DNA from: a virus
Lineage: Duplodnaviria > Heunggongvirae > Uroviricota > Caudoviricetes
Strand: one strand, 5' to 3'
Virus record (IMG/VR): IMGVR_UViG_3300042349_000626
Length of the DNA stretch: 64,000 bases
Every line of letters starts with the position of its first letter. The first letter of the stretch is position 1. The notes beneath the pieces are model-generated. The model made no database searches, was not told the DNA's origin, and saw only the letters and a program-made list of their open reading frames with translations. This document shows, piece by piece, positions 59,121 through 64,000 of the stretch. The translations under genes and the position numbers were made by a program.

Positions 59121-60542
59121 ATGTTTAACGCTTCCCATCTAACAGAGAAGTGGGCACCAGTTCTCAATGCTTCCGAAGCTCCTGCTATTACGGATAAGCA
59201 TAGACAAGCTGTAACCGCCGTAATTCTCGAAAACCAAGAAAGAGCCCTTCGTGAAGACAGCAATACTGTCGGTGCGATTGGTGGTAACGCTCTATCAGGT
59301 TCAGGTCTTGACACCAAAACTGGTGGACTAGCTGGTTTCGATCCTATCATGATCAGCCTAGTTCGTCGTGCCATGCCTAACCTAATGGCATACGACATCT
59401 GTGGTGTTCAGCCAATGAGCGGTCCTACTGGACTTATCTTCGCCATGAAGGCTCACTATCAGCATAATGGTTCCGCTGGTCTACGTAAGGGTCGTGAAGC
59501 TCTATTCAACGAGCCTGATGTTAACTTCTCCGCTAACACTCAGGGTCCTGCTGCTTACAACGATCCAGTTGTTCCCATCGGTGTTGCTAACGATCCTGCT
59601 TACGCTGCTTCAAATCCAGGTCTTCTTAACGACGCTGGCGCTGGCGCTGGTACTTACGAGCGTGGCGTTCGTCCTATTGCCCGTGAGACTGCCGAAGTTC
59701 TAGGTTCAGGCACAACCCTGTTCAACGAAATGAGCTTCAGCATCGAGAAGACTGCTGTAACCGCCAGAACCAGAGCCCTCCGTTCAGAGTACACTCTAGA
59801 GCTAGCTCAGGATCTTAAGGCTGTTCACGGTCTTGACGCTGAGCAAGAGCTAGCCAACATTCTCTCAAGCGAGATCCTCGCTGAGATCAACCGTGAAGTC
59901 GTTCGTACTGTATACACCATCGCTAAGCCTGGTGCTCAGAACAACGTTGCTCGTGCTGGCGTATTTGACCTTGACGTTGATTCAAACGGTCGTTGGTCAG
60001 TTGAGAAGTTCAAAGGTCTTCTATTCCAAGTTGAGCGTGATGCTAATGCTATCGCTCAGGAAACTCGTAGAGGCAAAGGTAACTTCCTCATCTGCTCAGC
60101 TGACGTAGCTTCAGCTCTAGCTATGGCTGGTGTACTTGATTACACCTCTGGTCTAACTGGCGCTGGTGGTCCTTCCATCGGTCAAGTTGATGACACCGGC
60201 AACCTCATGGTTGGCACCATCAACGGTCGTATCAAGGTCTTCGTTGATCCTTATTCGGCTAACGTATCTAGCGATCATTATTATGTCATGGGTTATAAGG
60301 GTACTAATCCTTATGATGCTGGTCTCTTCTATTGCCCATACGTTCCCCTCCAGATGCTACGTAGCATTGATCCTAACACCTTCCAGCCTAAGATTGGCTT
60401 CAAGACCCGTTACGGTATGGTTGCTAACCCATTCGTATTCAACGGTGTTGATGGTGATGGCGTTCCTGTACCCGATGCTGAAGCTCTCACCGCTTCGAAG
60501 AACATGTACTACAGACGTGTTCGTATTCAAAACCTCATGTGA
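59121..60542 (+). CDS. gp23: major capsid protein gp23
   Basis: GVQPMSGPTGLIFAM, ELAQDLKAVHGLDAE.EL.NIL, GRWSVEKFKGL, YCPYVPL and FQPKIGFKTRYG motifs. Confidence 0.99.
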   Translation: MFNASHLTEKWAPVLNASEAPAITDKHRQAVTAVILENQERALREDSNTVGAIGGNALSGSGLDTKTGGLAGFDPIMISLVRRAMPNLMAYDICGVQPMSGPTGLIFAMKAHYQHNGSAGLRKGREALFNEPDVNFSANTQGPAAYNDPVVPIGVANDPAYAASNPGLLNDAGAGAGTYERGVRPIARETAEVLGSGTTLFNEMSFSIEKTAVTARTRALRSEYTLELAQDLKAVHGLDAEQELANILSSEILAEINREVVRTVYTIAKPGAQNNVARAGVFDLDVDSNGRWSVEKFKGLLFQVERDANAIAQETRRGKGNFLICSADVASALAMAGVLDYTSGLTGAGGPSIGQVDDTGNLMVGTINGRIKVFVDPYSANVSSDHYYVMGYKGTNPYDAGLFYCPYVPLQMLRSIDPNTFQPKIGFKTRYGMVANPFVFNGVDGDGVPVPDAEALTASKNMYYRRVRIQNLM

Positions 60543-60560
60543 GTCTTTCTCACATTTTCC

Positions 60561-60587
60561 AAGAGTCCCTTCGGGGGCTCTTTTTTT
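60561..60587 (+). terminator. Rho-independent terminator with cUUCGg loop
   Basis: AAGAGTCCC-TTCG-GGGGCTCTT followed by a T-run, after gp23. Confidence 0.9.
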
Positions 60588-60622
60588 ATGGAAATAAATA
60601 TATTATAGCTTGGGAAGTTGAC

Positions 60623-61135
60623 ATGACTGCTGAATGGTATAAGGAGCAACCACAAAATAGAAATTTTCTTTCTCCAATTGGTTTTAAAATGAAATTGGAA
60701 TTGTTTGAGGGCGTTGATTTTTTCTGCCAGCAAGCAAATTTGCCTGGTGTTAATATGCCATTCACAGAAGTTTCTACACGGTTTAGAAATTTTCCTATTG
60801 TTCCTGGTGGCGGAGTTTCTTATGACGATTTAAATTTAACTTTTATTGTTGACGAAAATTTAATTAATTACAATTCCGTACTACAATGGATTCGTAAAAA
60901 TGGTGGAGCTGATCAGCATTCGCCAGACGAAGTTGAATATTCAAATGGTCAATTAATGGTAGTAACATCAAATTTTAATCCATCATTTTTTGTTGATTAC
61001 GAGAGATTATTTCCAGTCAGTTTAACGTCAATTGATTTTGATGCTACTGTAGATGATATTGAATATTTTACAGCACAGGTAACATTCAAGTATACTAACT
61101 TTACTCTTCGTGATAAAAATTTTAAAACCTTATGA
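60623..61135 (+). CDS. gp3: tail tube terminator / completion protein gp3
   Basis: NRNFLSPIGF, FFCQ.ANLPG, F.VDE.L.NY and FP.SL....FD motifs. Start moved to the ATG downstream of the terminator and ATAAATA (60594-60600). Confidence 0.88.
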   Translation: MTAEWYKEQPQNRNFLSPIGFKMKLELFEGVDFFCQQANLPGVNMPFTEVSTRFRNFPIVPGGGVSYDDLNLTFIVDENLINYNSVLQWIRKNGGADQHSPDEVEYSNGQLMVVTSNFNPSFFVDYERLFPVSLTSIDFDATVDDIEYFTAQVTFKYTNFTLRDKNFKTL

Positions 61136-61608
61136 AATTTGAAAACATCGTTAAATTATTTGAAACAATTAAAGAAGAATGGTCAATTGACAGTCATATT
61201 GATTTCCAATTTAAAAACAAACAGTATACAGAAGATCTCGGTAAGTTAGCATTAGAGATCCCTTTTCAACACAATAAATACTTAAACTACTACACAGATC
61301 TTAGCCAAGTTAAAACTTCACTGGAGTTTGAATACAGGCGTGTAGTAAAAGAAAAAAGAGAATATTATTCTGGCGAAGCAGACGCCAAAGTGTATGCCGA
61401 AAAACCTTTCGGCACAAGTATTAAAACAGCAGAAAAAATGAGAACCTATCTGGAATCAGATGAGGACATCATTAACATCGAAGCAAAAATTAAATACGTT
61501 GAACAGGCACTTTATTTCCTGGACAGTGTAATGAAAATGATTTCCAATCGTGGATTTCAAATCAAATCGGCTATTGACTGGGAAAAATTTATTAATGGTA
61601 CTACTTAA
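61132..61608 (+). CDS. uvsY: recombination mediator UvsY
   Basis: H.KYL, EYYSG.A...Y..KPF and R.FQIK.AI.W.KF motifs. Confidence 0.93.
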   Translation: MKFENIVKLFETIKEEWSIDSHIDFQFKNKQYTEDLGKLALEIPFQHNKYLNYYTDLSQVKTSLEFEYRRVVKEKREYYSGEADAKVYAEKPFGTSIKTAEKMRTYLESDEDIINIEAKIKYVEQALYFLDSVMKMISNRGFQIKSAIDWEKFINGTT

Positions 61609-63071
61609 TGTCTAGATTAATTATTAGAAAAAAGAACGAAGTATTTTTACAGATCCAAGCAGAACCATACGTACATCAAGAATTATCTGATTATTTCACG
61701 TTCGAAGTACCGGAAGCAAAATTTTTAAAAAGAAACCCCAAGTTTAAATATTGGGACGGAACCATTCGTTTGTATTCACCTGGCACAGGAGAACTGTATG
61801 CTGGATTGTATAACCATCTTATGGCGTGGTCAAAAGAAAGAGGTTATTCTGTAGAGTCAGTCAAGAATGATTGGTATGGCGATATTACAGATACGAATCA
61901 TTTTGTATCTCCTGGTGGTGTAAAAGATTTGGTTGATAAAATTTCTAATATTAAAGCCAGAGATTATCAATACTACACGGTTTACCTCGCTCTCAAATAT
62001 CACAGGGGATTATTTCTTTCCCCAACAGGCTCTGGTAAATCTTTAATGATTTATTCTCTTGTTAGATATTATCATGCTACCGATAAAAAAATTCTTATCA
62101 TTGTTCCTACCACATCATTGGTAGAACAGATGGTAAAAGATTTTACTGATTATGGATGGAATGCTGACGAACATATACACAAAATTTATTCAGGTAAAGA
62201 AAAAAATTCTGATAAGCCTATTATTGTTACAACATGGCAATCCATTTATAAATTCCCTAAAAGATATTTTGATGACATTGATTGTGTAATCGGTGACGAA
62301 GCACACTTGTTTAAATCCAAATCACTTACTGGTATTATGGAAAAGCTTCATAATGCCAAGTATCGTTTTGGTTTTACTGGAACACTTGACGGAACTAAAA
62401 CACACAAGTGGGTTCTTGAAGGTCTCTTTGGTGCTTGTGAAAAAGTAACTAAGACTGATGATCTTATCAAGAAAGGTCATCTATCCAATCTTCGTATTAA
62501 GATTCTTCTGTGTAAGCACGAGTATCAATACTTTGAAGATTATCATCAAGAGATGGAATTTATTGTCACAAACAATAAAAGAAATAATCTTATTAAAAAT
62601 TTAGTAGCTGATCTTGAAGGTAATACATTAGTTTTGTTTAATTATGTTGAAAAGCATGGTGAGCCATTATACGAATTAATAAATAACAGTACAGAAAATA
62701 CACGTAAGGTATTTTTTGTTCATGGTTCAGTGGACACTGATGAACGAGAAGAAGTAAGGAAAATTACTGAACAAGAAAATAATGCTGTTATTATTGCTTC
62801 CTACGGAACGTTTAGCACTGGTATTAACATTAAACGTCTTCACAACATTATATTTGCTTCACCATCTAAATCTCGTATCAGGAATCTCCAAAGTATTGGT
62901 AGAGTACTTAGAAAAGGAGAGGGCAAAGAGATAGCTACTCTGTATGATATTGCTGATGATATCTCTAGTGACAATAGACAAAATTATACTTTAAGACATC
63001 TTCAAGAAAGAATTAAAATTTATCAAGAAGAGAATTTTAAATACGAAATAATAAAGGTAAATCTAAAATGA
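61608..63071 (+). CDS. uvsW: SF2 helicase UvsW
   Basis: WDG.IRL, SPTGSGKS, DEAH, GFTGT and LQSIGR.LR motifs. Confidence 0.97.
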   Translation: MSRLIIRKKNEVFLQIQAEPYVHQELSDYFTFEVPEAKFLKRNPKFKYWDGTIRLYSPGTGELYAGLYNHLMAWSKERGYSVESVKNDWYGDITDTNHFVSPGGVKDLVDKISNIKARDYQYYTVYLALKYHRGLFLSPTGSGKSLMIYSLVRYYHATDKKILIIVPTTSLVEQMVKDFTDYGWNADEHIHKIYSGKEKNSDKPIIVTTWQSIYKFPKRYFDDIDCVIGDEAHLFKSKSLTGIMEKLHNAKYRFGFTGTLDGTKTHKWVLEGLFGACEKVTKTDDLIKKGHLSNLRIKILLCKHEYQYFEDYHQEMEFIVTNNKRNNLIKNLVADLEGNTLVLFNYVEKHGEPLYELINNSTENTRKVFFVHGSVDTDEREEVRKITEQENNAVIIASYGTFSTGINIKRLHNIIFASPSKSRIRNLQSIGRVLRKGEGKEIATLYDIADDISSDNRQNYTLRHLQERIKIYQEENFKYEIIKVNLK

Positions 63072-63487
63072 TGGAAGAAGAATTCTTCTCTACAATAAAG
63101 TTATCATCAGGTGAAGAAATCGTAGCTAAGGTATGTTATTTACCTGATGAAGATTCTTTATTGGTAGAGAATCCTATGTTAGTAGAAAAATTATCACAAA
63201 AAAGAAATGGCAAACCTTTTGATGGGTTTGTATTAAAAAATTGGATACATGCCACTTATGATTCTTTATTTGTAATAAAAATGGAACAAGTAATTACTAT
63301 GACTGAATTAGATAAAAAAATTGAAAAGTTCTATCTAGATAATATTGATGATAATGTAGAAGAATCTTACGGCTCTAATGAAGATTCTAATAAAGTAAAA
63401 CCAAATAACTTTAGTAAACAGATGGGTTACTTAGGTTCAGTTAAGGAAACTAAGAAGTTTCTTGAAGACATCTATAAAAAATCTTGA
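63068..63487 (+). CDS. conserved hypothetical (Sm-like fold family)
   Basis: IKLSSGEEIVA...L..P...L..W. Conserved position between uvsW and gp55. Confidence 0.75.
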   Translation: MMEEEFFSTIKLSSGEEIVAKVCYLPDEDSLLVENPMLVEKLSQKRNGKPFDGFVLKNWIHATYDSLFVIKMEQVITMTELDKKIEKFYLDNIDDNVEESYGSNEDSNKVKPNNFSKQMGYLGSVKETKKFLEDIYKKS

Positions 63488-63544
63488 TGTATTTAAAGTA
63501 TCTAAAGAACTTAAAGACAGTAATCATGAACCCCTGACAGAGTT

Positions 63545-63573
63545 ATTGTACTGGGTTTCTGAGGTTTTGTCAA
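63545..63573 (-). promoter_or_regulatory. antisense-directed sigma70 promoter
   Basis: Minus strand TTGACA (63573-63568), N17, TACAAT (63550-63545). Confidence 0.7.
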
Positions 63574-63579
63574 CCCCCC

Positions 63580-63608
63580 TTGACAAACCTATTAAAATGG
63601 TCTATACT
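63580..63608 (+). promoter_or_regulatory. sigma70 promoter of gp55
   Basis: TTGACA (63580-63585), N17, TATACT (63603-63608). Confidence 0.85.
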
Positions 63609-63639
63609 GATACCAACATACTGGATAGAGACATGACTC

Positions 63640-64000
63640 ATGGCAAAAAAGAAGACAGAAAATTACGTCAATAATAAAGATTTCTTGGAGGCAATTACTG
63701 TTCACCGAAATAAAGTTGAAGCAAGTTTTTTTAAACATCACGGTAGAACCATAACTCAACCCGAAAGATCTAAGAATTGGGAAGGAAAACCTCGTATCCC
63801 AAATTATCTTGGCGACTGTTTTCTTAAGATTGCCACACACTTATCATACAAACCAAACTTTGTAAATTATATGTTCAGAGAAGAAATGATCTCTGACGGC
63901 ATAGAAAACTGTTTACAGTATATTCACAACTTTGATCCAGAAAAATCAAAGAATCCATTTGCTTATTTTACTCAGGTAATTTACTTTGCGTTCTTAAGGC
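63640..64000 (+). CDS. gp55: late sigma factor gp55 (5' part, truncated by the window)
   Basis: Translated by hand: MAKKKTENYVNNKDFLEA...CFLKIATHLSYKPNFVNYMFREEMISDGIENCLQYIHNFDPEKSKNPFAYFTQVIYFAFLR. Confidence 0.96.
   Translation, partial: MAKKKTENYVNNKDFLEAITVHRNKVEASFFKHHGRTITQPERSKNWEGKPRIPNYLGDCFLKIATHLSYKPNFVNYMFREEMISDGIENCLQYIHNFDPEKSKNPFAYFTQVIYFAFLR

Noticed and set aside
60539-60622. N-terminal extension of gp3 in the ORF track
   Set aside because: It spans the gp23 terminator and the late promoter motif. ATG 60623 is more plausible.
63462-63840. Track ORFs 63462..63674 (+) and 63592..63840 (-)
   Set aside because: They overlap the promoter region and gp55, which the track missed because it runs off the window.

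Overview
This window is the virion-morphogenesis half of a T4-like myovirus. Gene order and the sequences of gp20, gp23 and gp55 point to a cyanomyovirus (Kyanoviridae-like). It opens with the GC-rich end of an upstream gene and an AT-rich non-coding region carrying repeats. Next come PAAR, gp25, gp6, gp7, gp8, a VrlC-like protein and several giant structural/fibre proteins. These are followed by three paralogous glycine-rich adhesin-like genes with a partner gene and a divergent pair of 2OG-Fe(II) oxygenases. The rest is gp13-gp16, a four-gene insert, gp17-gp23, gp3, uvsY, uvsW and the start of gp55. I saw no tRNA, rRNA, CRISPR array or mobile element. The most notable observation is in the 3075-aa fibre protein (30646-39873). 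It carries four repeats resembling phycobiliprotein globin domains. Each keeps a C-x-R-D motif like the bilin-attachment Cys84 site and a second Cys like the beta-155 site, and three of the four are nested inside one another. This suggests a possibly bilin-binding virion protein and a candidate self-substrate for phage bilin lyases. All family assignments come from motif recognition by eye, and no searches were run.
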